A stretch of 64,000 nucleotides of DNA, taken from contig OZ360250.1 in assembly GCA_977017645.1 (NCBI GenBank), forward strand, positions 36,146,001-36,210,000. The letters run 5' to 3'. This DNA is from Torpedo marmorata. Taxonomy: Eukaryota. Both the position numbers and the translations under genes were made by a program. Below are positions 1-12,154 of the stretch, one piece after another. Below the pieces are notes generated by a model that was given only the letters and a program-made list of their open reading frames with translations, had not been told where the DNA came from and ran no database searches. Numbering within the stretch: the first letter of the stretch is position 1; each line of letters begins with the position of its first letter.

Positions 1-279
1 TTAGGTATGCCACAACTGTGTCGGGCTTTAGTCTGACAAATACCTGAAGCCCTGTGTACACTTTTGATCTTCTTACCCACGCAAGAATCTATTTGTCATC
101 ATAGAACGGTAGAGAGAGGGAGGGCAATTAAGAAATGTCCCACAATGCAAATGGTACAATTAGATTATTGGAGTCTTTACTGGGACAAGAGGGCAGGTAT
201 ATTTACCAATTCCTGATCTATGTGTTGTCTCTGACAGGGAAGGTGGCAAGCAAAATATGTCCAGCCCTCTCCGAAAATG

Positions 280-703
280 TAGAACATTTTACAGCACAGC
301 ACAGGCCCTTCGGCCCTTGATGTTGTGCTGACCTATATATTCCTACCTCGTAACCCTAAATTTTTCTTTCATCCATGTGCCTGTCTGAGAGTCTCTTAAA
401 TGTCCCTATTATTCCAGCCTCCACCACCACCCCTGGCAAGGCATTCCAGGTACCCACAACTCTCTGTGTAAAAAACTTACCCCCGATGTCTCCCCTAAAC
501 TTTCCTCCCTTAGTACAGATATCCTCTGGTGTTTTCTATTCCTGCCCTGGGAAAAAGGTGCCGGCTGTCTACCTCAGAATCTTGTAGACCTCTAAGTCTC
601 CTCTCATCCTTCTTCGCTCCAAAGAGAAAAGTCCCAGCTCTGCTAACCTTGCCTCATGAGACTTATTTTCAAATCCAGGCAACATCCTGGTAAATCTCTG
701 CAC
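280..703 (-). mobile_element. CR1 LINE 3' fragment
   Basis: Closely similar to the 3' end of the CR1 at 41211-41800 (cacaggcccttcggccc...aacatcctggtaaatct). Confidence 0.8.
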
Positions 704-719
704 TTGCTTCTTCTTACCA

Positions 720-786
720 TGGCTGGCACGGATTCGTGGGCCGATATGGCCTGTTACCGTGCTGTATGTCTAAATTAAAATTTAAA
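720..786 (+). mobile_element. HE1/V-SINE 3' tail fragment
   Basis: ggcacggattcgtgggccgatatggcctgttaccgtgctgtatgtctaaattaaaattt matches the tails of the SINEs at 56044 and 62428. Confidence 0.65.
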
Positions 787-1117
787 GGTTGCCCACCCCT
801 GAATGCGGTGCTTCTTGTCTTGAATCACATCTGTTTCTCCAAGCCTATCTTGACAAGGTGCTGCAGAGGGAGTGTTACATAGGGTAGAGGCACCTGGAGT
901 TGTACAGCAGAGGAACGGTTCCTTCGGCCCAACCTGTTCGTGCTGACCCTGATGCCTACCAATGTTAGTCCCTTTTGCACGCATTAGACCTGTATCCCAA
1001 TACTCCTTCCTATTCAAGGGACTTGCTCAAATGCCTTTTAAACATTGCAGTTATACCACATGCATTTCAGTGCAGAAGAGTCAAAGTTGGAACGGCACAC
1101 CAGCAGATTCACCTTAC

Positions 1118-1312
1118 CCCGAGATCCGCAAAGGGGCCGTCGTACAAGGCCAGCTGCGCCACCCGACACCTGTCCCTGTTTGCCAGCGTTTGGGGAGTGC
1201 TGTAGCCACCTCGCAGGGCGTTTTCCTCAGCCAGCATCGACTCCAGCTCTGGAGTGGCGCCCCCTGTTACTAACGTCCGTATCAGAGTCAGGATATTGTC
1301 ATTGAAGTATGT
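1118..1312 (-). CDS. KCNMA1: KCNMA1 coding exon (195 nt, phase 0-0): [65 protein letters not shown]
   Basis: Acceptor ttttatctccgcAG, donor GTaagg; hand translation matches the Slo1 segment after the calcium bowl; not present in the ORF track. Confidence 0.97.
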
Positions 1313-2074
1313 CTGCGGAGATAAAACAAACTCTTTAAGTGAACACGATTAAAGTCATCACGGAAGAAATTCAAATTACGCTTTCAGAGGAGTTTGTGCA
1401 GTTAAAACTAGCATGCTGTCACTTCACATGTTTTATCCTGGAAGTCAAAAGACAGCTGATTCCAATTACTCTGATTTAGTTGTATGTTCCATTAGGTCCT
1501 TTCACTATATCTTTTCCTAACACAAAAAATTCAGGTCAGTTTTGTTCTAAAGGGCAGAAATTGCAATGATTAATTCCCTCTATAATTGGTGTTAGTGGCA
1601 ACGCAAAGTCTCCCTCTCTCAATGTTAACTTCACAACCTATACGAGGCTGGGGAAGATGCAGAATTAGAGGACTCTGGACAGGTTTAAAGCCCACGCTAG
1701 TGAGAGTGCCTTTTTGCCTCATCGCTGACTCAGCTGGGAGCAGGCTTGATGTTGAGAACATCGCTGCACATTGCCACGAGTATCCTCTGGCTGTCCTTCC
1801 CTATGATCACATCCGACATCCCCACGACAGGAACCGACAGAAATCAGGCTTAAGTATGTATCAATTAAACATTTTGATTTTTTAAAAATAAATGCACGAT
1901 GAAGATAAAGTCCCAGGTGGTCTTGTTTAAAACACTAGTGTGTGCAGGCAAGCAGAGTTTGTTAGGTGAAGGCTCCTTCAAAATGATAGCTTGCCAGCTT
2001 CGATAACCATTCTGTGCTGTCAGGTAAACAATCAGGCTTAGAAATATTTGCTTAACGTCAATATAATAAAAAAT

Positions 2075-2280
2075 ATAATAAAATTATGAGAGGCATAGGC
2101 AGGGGAGATGGTCAGAGACTTTACGCCAGAGTGAAATTGTCAAAACACCAGAGACCATAGGTTTAAGGTGAGAGAGGGTAGTTCAGAGATAGAGGGACAG
2201 TTAAGAGAGAGAGAGAGAGGGGGGCAGTTCAGGGAGAGAGAGGGTTCAGGGAGAGAGAGAGTTCAGAGAGAGAGGTTCCA
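2075..2280 (+). repeat. Short CR1 remnant followed by a GA-rich low-complexity tract
   Basis: aaaattatgagaggcatagg...ggtttaaggtgagag is CR1 ORF2-end sequence, followed by degenerate (GA)n/gttcag units. Confidence 0.6.
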
Positions 2281-2656
2281 GTGGGTTTGGGTTGAAGTTG
2301 TGTGTTCTGCCCACAGGAGGCCAGGTGATCCTCAAGGATCTAGAAGCAGTTCAGTGTTCCATCCCCTCAAGACTAGTGAGAGGGCCTGCAAACAAACGGC
2401 ACCACTGGCCTCAGACACCACACAGTGCATTTCTTCAATAGCCAACCAACCATCTCCAAAAATAAGGACTCATGTCCCACGTTCTTCAGGTCTTTGTCTA
2501 CACATTCTCTCCTGCATTCACAATTTGTTAGGATGAGATGAAACATTCATACAGCTTGAGTTCAGGTATGAAGGCACATCTTTAAACAATGGGGGAAGAT
2601 AGTGTGGCCATCATTAGTGCGGCACTGTCCCATAGCCGAGGCTGAAATATGAACTA

Positions 2657-3162
2657 CCGTATACTTTGGCAGGTAAGACGACCCTTGAAGCGACCAAAAA
2701 ACACCCCAAAAAAAGGGGTCGTCTTATAGGCCAGATACAAAAACAGACCTTAATATTCTGGCCGGAAAAGCGGACCGGTCCCGAAACCTCCCCGCCGCTG
2801 CCGGTCCCCGACCACCTCCCCACCATAACCCACCCAGACATTTTACAATTAAAAAAAAAAAATTGTGGAGCCCGAGGCGACTTCTTCGATGCGGACGGCA
2901 CCGCACCCGATGTTGAGAATGGAGTCGCCGTCTCTGACTCTGGCTGCAGCTGATACTGAAGGCTTGGACCCAGCGATTGGGGTGTTGCAACAAAGTTTGG
3001 GTTGTTTCTGGGAGGCCCGAACACCAGTCTCCGGCACGTTCCTTGCAGCTGCTCTGAGGCGTCGAGCAGAAAATTGGCGGGTCGTCTTATACGACCGATA
3101 TGAGCTAAAACCATGAAATTCAGGCTGAAATTGGGTCCCGTCTTATCTGCCGAAATATACAG
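2657..3162. mobile_element. Non-autonomous Tc1/mariner-superfamily (Tc2/pogo-like) MITE
   Basis: TIR ccgtatactttggcaggtaagacg / cgtcttatctgccgaaatatacag, with TA on both sides (2655-2656, 3163-3164); no transposase ORF. Confidence 0.75.
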
Positions 3163-4432
3163 TAGTTATTTTTGTATCTGATGACAATGTCTTAAAGCAA
3201 ATAAGGGTGGATAAATCCCCAGGGCCAGACAAGATATTCCCTCGGACCTTGAGGGAGGCTAGTGTAGAAATTGCCGGGGCTCTGGCAGAAATATTTAAAA
3301 TGTCTTTAGCCACGGGTGTGGTGCCAGAGGATTGGAGGGTAGCTCACGTTGTTCCATTGTTTAAAAAAGGCTCCAAAAGTAATCCTGGAAATTATAGGCC
3401 GGTGAGCCTGACGTCAGCGGTAAGTAAATTATTGGAAGGTGTTCTAAAAGATCGGATATACAATTATTTGGATAGCCAGGGACTGATTAGGGATAATCAA
3501 CAAGGCTTTGTGTGTGGTAGGTCGTGTTTAACCAATCTTATAGAGATTTTCGAGGAGGTTACCAGGAAAGTTGACGAAGGAAAGGCTGTGGATGTTGTCT
3601 ACATGGACTTTAGTAAGGCCTTTGACAAGGTCCCGCATGGGATGTTAGTCAGGAAGGTTCAGACGCTAGGTATTCATGGTGAAGTAGTGAACTGGATTCG
3701 ACAATGGCTGGATGTGAGAAGCCAGAGAGTAGTGGTGGAAGATTGCTTCTCAGATTGGAGGCCAGTGACTAGTGGTGTGCCTCATGGATCGGTACTGGGA
3801 CCATTGTTGTTTGTCATCTATATCAATGATCTGGATGATAATGTGGTAAATTGGATCAGCAAGTTTGCAGATGACACTAAGATTGGAGGTGTTGTGGACA
3901 GCGAAGAGGGTTTTCAAAGCTTGCAGAGAGATCTGGACCAGCTGGTCAAATGGGCTGAAAAATGGCAGATGGAATTTAATGCAGACAAGTGTGAGGTGAT
4001 GCATTTTGGAAGGACAACCCAAGAAAGGTCATACACGGTAAATGGTAGGGCACTGAGGAGTGTGGTAGAACAGAGGGATCTGGGAATACAGATACATAAT
4101 TCCCTGAAAGTGGCGTCACAGGTAGATAGGGTTGTAAAGAGAGCTTTTGGCATATTGGCCTTCATAAATCAAAGTATTGAGTACAGAAGTTGGGAAGTTA
4201 TGTTAAAGTTGTATAAAACATTGGTGAGGCCAAATTTGGAGTATTGTGTGCAGTTTTGGTAACCTAACTACAGTAAAGATATCAATAAGATGGAAAGAGT
4301 GCAGAGAAGATTTACTAGGATTCAGAAGTAAAACACGAAAGTCTGTAGACACCGTGGTTGAAGTAAAAAACACAAATGCTGGAGAAACTCAGCAGGTCAA
4401 ACAGTGTTTTTTATGTAGCAAAGGTAGAAATA

Positions 4433-4473
4433 CATAACCGACGTTTCGGGCTTGAGCCCTTCATCATAGTATG
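4433..4473 (-). ncRNA. Second, inverted hammerhead-like motif of the same Penelope element (degenerate position 3)
   Basis: Reverse complement reads catact-ATGATGA-a-gggctcaagccc-GAAAC-GTC-ggttatg. Confidence 0.45.
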
Positions 4474-5183
4474 AGAAAATGCCGGCAGGCATCCGAACAA
4501 AAGAGTGAGGGGGGGGAAAGTGGGGTGGCAAAGGCAGGAGATGATAGGTGGAGAAAGGAGGGAGGGGACAGCAGCAAAGAGGGGGAGGAGGGATGGCTGG
4601 GTGGGTGGAAAAAACAGGAAGGACAGGTGAGGGGAAGGAAACGACAAGCAGGTTTAGTGGAAAGCAGAAAAGTCAATGTTAATACCATCTGGCTGGAGAG
4701 TGCCCAGACGGAAAATGAGATGTTGTTCCTCCAATTTGCGGGTGGTCCACATCGGAGAGACCGGTCGTAGATTGAGAGATCGCTTTACTAAGCACCTCCT
4801 CTCCGTCCGCAACAACAGCGACCTCCCAGTAGCAAACCATTTCAATTCCGAGTCACACTCCCACACTCACATGTCTGTCAATGGCCTTATGTACTATCCC
4901 ACCCAGACTACCCGCAAAGTGGAAGAACAACATCTCATTTTCCGTCTGGGCACTCTTCAGTCAGATGGCATTAACAATGACTTTTCTGCTTTCCACTAAA
5001 CCTGCTTGTCTTTTCCTTCCCCTCCCCCTCACCTGTCCTTCCTGTTTTTTTTCCACCCACCCAGCCATCCCTCCTCGCCCTCTTTGCTGCTGTCCCCTCC
5101 CTCCTTTCTCCACCTATCATCTCCTGCCTTTGCCACCCCCTTCCCCCCTCACTCTTTTGTTCGGACACCTGCCGGCATTTTCT

Positions 5184-5224
5184 CATACTTTGATGAAGGG
5201 CTCAAGCCTGAAACGTCGGTTATG
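5184..5224 (+). ncRNA. Minimal type-I hammerhead-ribozyme-like motif in the Penelope terminal repeat (U at position 3)
   Basis: catact-TTGATGA-a-gggc-tcaa-gcct-GAAAC-GTC-ggttatg: core boxes, stem II, palindromic ACGT helix III and a GUC cleavage triplet. Confidence 0.55.
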
Positions 5225-5968
5225 TATTTCTACCTTTGCTACATAAAAGACACTATTTGACCTGCTGAGTTTCTCCAGCATTTGTGTTTTTAGATTTACT
5301 AGGATGTTGCCCGGACTTCAGGAATTGAGTTACAGGGAAAGGTTAAACAGGTTAGGACTTTATTCCCTGGAGCATCGAAGAATGAGGGGAGATTTGATGG
5401 AGGTATTTAAAATTATGAGGGGGATAGACAGAGTAAATGTAGATAGGCTTTTTCCACTGAGGGTAGGTGAGATACAAACCAGAGGACATGGATTAAAGGT
5501 GAAAGGGGAAAAGTTTAGGGCGAACACACAGAGAGTGGTGGGAGTGTGGAACGAGCTTCCAGCTGAAGTGGTAAATGCGGGCTCAATTTTTACATTTAAG
5601 AAGAATTTTGACAAGAAGAAGATGGGAGAGGTATGAAGGGCTATGGGCTGGGTGCAAGTCAGTGGGACTAGGAAAAAAATGTTTTGGCACAGACCAGTGG
5701 GGCCGAGGTGGCCTGTTTCTCTGCTGTAATTGTTCTATGGTTCTAATATCCATCTGATTACTAATTCCACCTCCTGCATCCACAATCATTGATCTCCTTG
5801 TGGGACAGCATCAAGTACACCTCCTATCCTCTCTCCGGGCCCTTCAATGTGCCCTGCACACTGGCCTCTCTACCCTCGGAATCCTGGTCATCTGACCAGG
5901 AAGCCGGTCAGCACCATGTCCGGTGGAACTTCACTTTGCAATATTATCTCACGATCTTCTCAATAAAA

Positions 5969-6540
5969 GATTCAGATTTCAGATTTATTGTCAGAGTGGA
6001 TACATGACATCACATACAACCCTGAGATTCATTTACCTGCGGGCAAGGCAGAATTACCACTTATTGGTAGTGCAAAAAACTGTACTTAACGCACACATGT
6101 AAACAAATAAAGAAATGTAAACAAGCTTGCTGTGCAATACAGAGAGAACAAAAATCAATATGTGCAAAAGAGTCCTTAAATGAGTCCCTGATTGAGTTTG
6201 TTGTTGAGGAGTCTGATGGTGGAGGGTAGCAGCTGTTCCTGAACCTGGTGGTGCGAGTCTTGTGGCACCTATACCTCTTTCCTGATGGTAGCAGCGAGAA
6301 CAGAGCGTGCCTGGGTGGTGTGGATCCTTGATGATAGCCGCTGCTCTCCGACAGCAGCGTTCCCTGTAAATGTTCTCGATGGTGGGGAGGGTTTTACCTG
6401 TCATGTCCTGGGCTGTTTCCACTACCTTTTCCAGGGCTTTACGCTCATGGGTATTGGTGTCCCCATTCCAGAACGTGATGCAGCCGGTCAGCACACTTTC
6501 CACCACACCTCTGTAGAAATTTGCCAGGGTTTCCGATGCC
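5969..6540 (-). mobile_element. Rex1/Babar-type LINE 3' fragment
   Basis: ORF 6054..6560 has NFYRGVVESVLTGCITFW and IIKDPHHP; the 3' end is aataaatctgaaatctgaatc. Confidence 0.85.
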
Positions 6541-7039
6541 AACCCTTTGCATCTGTGCAAGTTGCCAACACAAGCATCCTATTTTGTTTGAGCAAGAACT
6601 ATCTGGCAGAAGAGGAACTTACTCAAACAGCAATATGTTGGGGCCAGTAGATAGACTTAAATCATTCTGACCAAATTTAACTCTACCATTAAGCGTCAAA
6701 CAATCACAGGTTTCTTCATTTGGCCAACCTGGAGAAGGTGGCCTGAATAGCCTTCTCCTGAGCTGGAATGTTTTATGATTCTAGAATTTTATGGGATTCC
6801 TTCCCTGAGCCTTAACCCACATCTTGGTGTGCACTGGAATCTTTCGCTGGCAGCAGGGAGACAAAATGGGAACCACGCAAACACCACAAGACTTACTTGG
6901 GATGTACCACGTTCCATGGTTCACACTTAACTGCAGGTCACAATCAAACTTTGAGATTATCTGACAGCAGCAGAAGCACAGACACTGCACCCTAATTGTT
7001 TGCTGTTACTGCAGTAGCTAAATAACCTGATGCAAGAAT

Positions 7040-7432
7040 TGTGAACCCAGAGGGATGGACTAACAATCCTGAGATGAGACTTCCATTCCCACAGCAGTTA
7101 ATTAAACAATCCGGAATTTAAACATGTACCTTCAGCCACAGTGAACACAAGATTACCGGTCAGTTGTAAAAAAAAAAGATGAGTTCACTGCGATCCTGGG
7201 GAGGAAATCTGCCATGCTTACCCAGTCGGCCTCCTGTGACTCCAGACCTGCATCAATCAGGTTGACTCTTTAACAGATGAGCAGTTGGACTATAACCTCA
7301 AGGTTTAAAAACCCAACAGAACGGTATACCTTCATCAGAAGAGCAGTGGTTCAAGGAGGCAACTCACCATCACATTCTTAAGTGCAGTTAATAATGGACA
7401 ATAATAATTGCCAGTGACACCCACATCTCAAA
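7040..7432 (+). mobile_element. Old degenerate SINE, probably Deu-domain (SacSINE1/AmnSINE1-like)
   Basis: gaggaaatctgccatgcttacccagtc...gactccagacc...gttgactcttaac and a CR1-like tail (aaggaggcaactcaccatcac...gccagtgacacccacatc); recognised from memory, heavily diverged. Confidence 0.45.
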
Positions 7433-7719
7433 AGCTGAAATCATTTTTGAAAATTTGGCTAGCTGTAATCAGTTTTATCAATAACACTGGACAATGAAGA
7501 TTTTGCTTCCTGAACACTTTTGGGTGTATTTTATGGATTTTGGGCTGTTGATCACGAAAATCACCTTAAAATTTTCCTATCACGTACTGTTTTTTAGATA
7601 TAACTATTTTTGTGATTTCCTGTCATATTTTAAGTCCACAAAGCAAGCTGGTTTGGTCAGTCCAAGCATGCCTGGGCATGCACTCAATGCAGGTGCTATG
7701 CAAATGTTGTCTAAGGCCT

Positions 7720-8043
7720 GGGCATGCATGGAAGGCATTTAAAGATGTTGTTGAGAATTTTCTTGGCAACTACAGAGCACCAAACTACATCCAGCTGATT
7801 GACAACATGCTTCAAGCATACAAAACCATGAAGTGCAACATGTCATTGAAAATTCATTTTCTACATTCGCACTTGGACTTCTTCCCTGCTGATCTTGGTG
7901 CAGTCAGTGACGAACATGGTGAAAGGTTTCACCAGGACATTGCGAGCATGGAAAAGCGGTATCAAGGCAAGTGGAATCCATCAATGCTGGCCGACTATTG
8001 TTGGACACTGACACGAGAGGCATCAGATGCTGAGTACAAATGA
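7720..8043 (+). pseudogene. C-terminal remnant of a Chapaev3-like transposase
   Basis: 3' part of ORF 7612..8043: AWKAFKDVVENFLGN...SDEHGERFHQDIASMEKRYQGKWNPSMLADYCWTL. Confidence 0.75.
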
Positions 8044-8239
8044 AAATCAGCGGCAAAACATTTTTAGGTGAGTTGAACTAACGCAATGTGTCAGCATCAT
8101 TATGCGATTAAATATGCTAAATTCAATAAAAGTTAACTTAATGTTTCTCCAAATTCCTACGTGATACAGCAAATCTGAAATCATCTTTGTGTTCAGCTTG
8201 AAGTTGTCCATCATAATCCCCAATTTTTGATCAGGAAGC

Positions 8240-10538
8240 CTTCCCGATCATTGTGGGAGACTTCAATCAGGTCAATCTGAAGAAGACACTGACAAACTAC
8301 CACCAACACATCACATGCGAGACCAGGGGAACCAACACACTCGACCACTGCTACACCACCGTGAAGAACGCATACCGAGCCATACCACGACCGCACTTCG
8401 GCAAGTCTGATCACCTGGCTGTACTTCTACTCCCGGTGTACAAGCAGAGACTGAAGACCACAACACCAGTGGTGAGGACTGCGAAAGTATGGTCGAGGGA
8501 GGCGGAGGAGCGTCTGCAGGACTGCTTTGAATCGGTGGACTGGAACATATTCAAGCACTCAGCCATAGACCTAAATGAATATGCAACAGGTGTCACCGAC
8601 TTCATCAAGACCTGCGTGGATGAGTGTGTGCCCACGCGCAAATACCGCGTGTTCCCCAACCAGAAGCCCTGGATGAATCAGAGAATTCGCAACCTGCTGA
8701 GGATGAGAACAAGGGCGTTTAAGGCCGGGGACCGGGATCTTTACAAAAAGTCCAGGCACGACCTGCGGAAGGCCATCTCTGAAGCAAAGTGGCAATTCCG
8801 GAGGAAGCTAGAGACAGAGACAGATACACGCCAGCTATGGCAGGGAGTGCAGGCCATTACAGCCTACAAAGCGAGGGCGAACACTATAGACTGCTGTGAT
8901 GCTTCACTACCCGATGAGCTGAACACCTTCTATGCCCGCTTTGAGAAGAAGAACAAAACAGTGCCTACTAGATTCCCTGAAAAGTCTGAGGACCCTGTGA
9001 TATCTGTCTCTGAGGGCGACGTCAGAACATCATTCAAGAGGGTGAACCCTCGCAAGGCGTCAGGCCCTGACGGCGTACCTGGCAGGGTATTGAAGATCTG
9101 CGCCAACCAACTAGCCGGAGTGTTCACGGACATTTTCAACCTCTCATTGCGGAAGTCAGAGGTTCCCACCTGCTTCAAAAGGGCATCAATCATCCCGGTA
9201 CCCAAGAAGAGTAGTGTGAGCTGCCTCAATGACTACCGCCCAGTAGCACTAACTTCTACTGTGATGAAATGCTTTGAGAGGCTGGTCATGGCCAGAATTA
9301 ACACGTACCTAAGCAAAGATCTGGACCCACTGCAATTCGCCTATCGCCACAATCGCTCCACAGCAGATGCAATATCACTGGCTCTCCACTCAGCTCTGGA
9401 CCACCTCGAAAACAGCAATTCATACATACGGTTGCTCTTCATCGACTACAGCTCGGCCTTCAATACCATTATTCCCTCAGTGCTGGTCAAGTAGCTACAA
9501 ACTCTAGGCCTCTGTACCCCCCTCTGCAACTGGATCCTTGACTTTCTCATCGGAAGATCACAGTCAGTACAAATTGGAAACAACGTCTCGTCCTCACTGA
9601 TTATCAACACAGGCGCACCCCAAGGATGTGTGCTTAGTCCACTGCTCTACTCATTATACACTCATGACTGTGTGGCCAGGCACAATTCCAATGCCATATA
9701 CAAGTTTGCCGATGACACCACAGTTGTCGGCAGAATAACAAACGGCAATGAGGAAGCGTACAGGAGGGAGATAGATCAGCTCGTTGAATGGTGTAATGGC
9801 AACAACCTTGAGCTCAACGTCAGCAAAACCAAGGAGATGATTGTGGACTTCAGGAGGAAGTCAGGGGAACCCGTCCCAGTCCTCATCGAAGGCTCAGTCG
9901 TGGAGAGGGTCAAGAACTTCAAATTCCTGGGTGTCAACATCTCCGAGGATCTGTCCTGGAGCATCGACGTGGATGCAATCACAAAGAAGGCTCATCAGTG
10001 GCTATACTTTGTAAGGTGTTTGTGGAGATTCGGTATGTCACCAAAGACTCTCGTAAACTTCTACAGGTGTACCGTGGAGAGCATTCTGGCTGGTTGCATC
10101 ACTGCCTGGTATGGAGGCGCCAACTCCCAGGACAAGAATAAACTCCAGAAGGTTGTTAACTCGGCCTGTGACATCACAGGCACCAAACTTCACTCCATCG
10201 AGGACATCTACATGAGGCGGTGTCTTAAAAAAGCAGCCTCTATCCTCAAGGACCCCCACCACCCAGTCCATGCCCTCTTCACTCTGCTTCCATCGGGAAA
10301 AAGGTACAGGAGCCTAAAGACGAGCACTCAACGGCACAAGGACAGCTTCTTCCCTGCTGCCATCAGATTCCTGAATAATCAATGAACCAAAGACACTGCC
10401 TTACTTTTCGTGCACTATTGTTTATAATTTTTTTATAGTAATGTCGTTAGATGGTTAATATGAATGTTAATTGCACTATGATGCTGCTGCAAAACATCGA
10501 ATTTCATGACTTGTTCATGACAATAAATTCTGATTCTG
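8240..10538 (+). mobile_element. Rex1/Babar LINE, 5'-truncated, ORF2 (APE C-part plus RT) almost intact
   Basis: ORFs 8253..9494 and 9630..10385 share one frame broken by a single TAG; motifs [32 protein letters not shown]; tail aataaattctgattctg. Confidence 0.92.
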
Positions 10539-10574
10539 AAACCTTTTGAAAAAAATTGTTGTCCAGTGTAATTT

Positions 10575-10715
10575 CAAGATTCCTTTATTGTTATGCAATA
10601 GTACAGAACATGTAATATTACATGAAATTGCCTTCTTGCCTGCCGTAAGGCAAAGAGTTGCCATTAGCGTCGCCCGGTGCCCCTTACAGTATAAGAGAAA
10701 GAGAACCAAAAGATG
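10575..10715 (-). mobile_element. 3' tail fragment of the same family as the element at 34148-34995
   Basis: caagattcctttattgttatgcaatagt...catgaaattgccttcttgcctgcc resembles 34150-34300. Confidence 0.55.
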
Positions 10716-12154
10716 TTTACTGTAACGAGTAAACAAGCTGGGCCATTTTTTCTTTCAGAAACAGACACCTGGCCAATGAAAATGGTGTAGTGCTCCAGGG
10801 ATTGGACAGTGACTATAAGCGAATCACACAAGTGAGTCCAACTCAGCTTGAACATGTGGCAGCTATCTGCGATTCTGACAATGCTGTCAGCCAGGATGAT
10901 CGATGAGACTTGTCTGTTAAGCCATCAACACCTTTGTTCAATGTGAACTTGCTGCCTGAATGATGTTTTGTTCTAACTGCTTTTCAAATCCAAGAGAAGC
11001 CAAATTGAGACATCAAAGTAATGGAGTGTTTCAATGCCCAAAAATCCATCTCCTCCTCGCTGGCACCTCATAGACAACATCAGCCAATGAAGGGCAGACA
11101 ATGCCACAGCAATACCCGCAAGCCCATGTAACGATTATCACTTGCAGAGCTTGATGCTGCAGCGACCTTGTTAAATCATCTGATGTGCTCAGCACAGCTC
11201 CACTTGATGGCAACGTTTGTGAAAAGTGTGTTGACAGAAACTTCACTTTGCTGATTCCGCACCAAATCGGACTGTCTGATCAATCTGACAGATGCATTTA
11301 TAAACTTTCGCCTATTAGTGCAAGTTGGATTCAACTTAAATTTGCATCTGGTGCCAGCAATGAATAGCTGATTTTTTTTTTTTTTTTTTTTTGTTTTTGC
11401 CTGGTACATTACATCACTTCACATTTCTTGTATCAAGTGATTTCATAGCAAATCCCAGAAGCAAGGCACATCAGAACCAGCGCAGTTCTGCTGTACAAGG
11501 TAAAAAGAAATCTCCAATGGGCACACTCTCAGCACTTCAAGCTGTTACAATTCAAACCAGCAACAACAGAAGACGCAATTCAAAACGGTTAAATTTTAAC
11601 TCTTTAATTATTAATGACTATTAACAATATAATGTCTTAACAAAATTAACCCCACTATAAGTATTTATAGCAAATATACAGATATCATATATTTATAAAC
11701 AGTGTGTATGTGAAAAACCCAGACCATTACAGTCTGTGCCCAATATTCGAAAAGGAAAAATCCCCAAAACCCCAGGTCAGTCAGTCAAGTAAGTCAGTCC
11801 AAAAACACAGTCCACAAAATTCAATCTCAAAGTTCAATGTCCAAGTTCAGTTCTTTAACTGACAACAAAGGACATCGTATTGAACGTTGGAGAGAGAAAT
11901 GACTGATGTTGCATTGCAGTAAGCTTAGAAATCCTTTTTCAGGCTTCCTCAGATGACTTCCCTTGGTTCTGAAAGTGTGGTTTTTAACCCTTCCTCACTT
12001 ATGAGGCATGTGCATTTCACACAGCTCTCCAGCTGCCCTCTTCCGCTCCAACTGCCGTTCTACCGCTCCAACTGCTGTTCCATTGTCTCTCCGTCTGCAC
12101 AGCTCGACCTTGGCAAGTCAGCACTCAGCTGTACCACAAGTCACACAGAATTCT

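Larger units (their letters stand above)
4322..5291 (+). mobile_element. Penelope-like element fragment (GIY-YIG endonuclease C-terminus) with ~380-bp inverted arms
   Basis: HIGETGRRLRDRFTKHLLSV...VANHFN...EEQHLIFRLGTLQ; 4365-4747 is the reverse complement of ~4906-5291; 14-bp TSD agatttactaggat at 4308-4321 and 5292-5305. Confidence 0.88.
3188..5746 (+). mobile_element. 5'-truncated CR1 LINE (ORF2 reverse transcriptase 3207..4262), interrupted by a Penelope-like insertion
   Basis: Motifs GNYRPVSLTS, MDFSKAFDKVPH, SGVPHGSVLGP, KFADDTK, RPNLEYCVQFW; ORF2 resumes at 5304 (MLPGLQELSYRERL). Confidence 0.93.
7485..10568 (+). mobile_element. Chapaev3-like (CMC superfamily) DNA transposon, internally deleted, with a nested Rex1 LINE
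   Basis: Termini CACTGGACAA...TTGTCCAGTG; 3-bp TSD TAA (7482-7484, 10569-10571); transposase C-terminus MSLKIHFLHSHLDFFPADLGAVSDEHGERFHQDI...MLADYCW. Confidence 0.75.
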
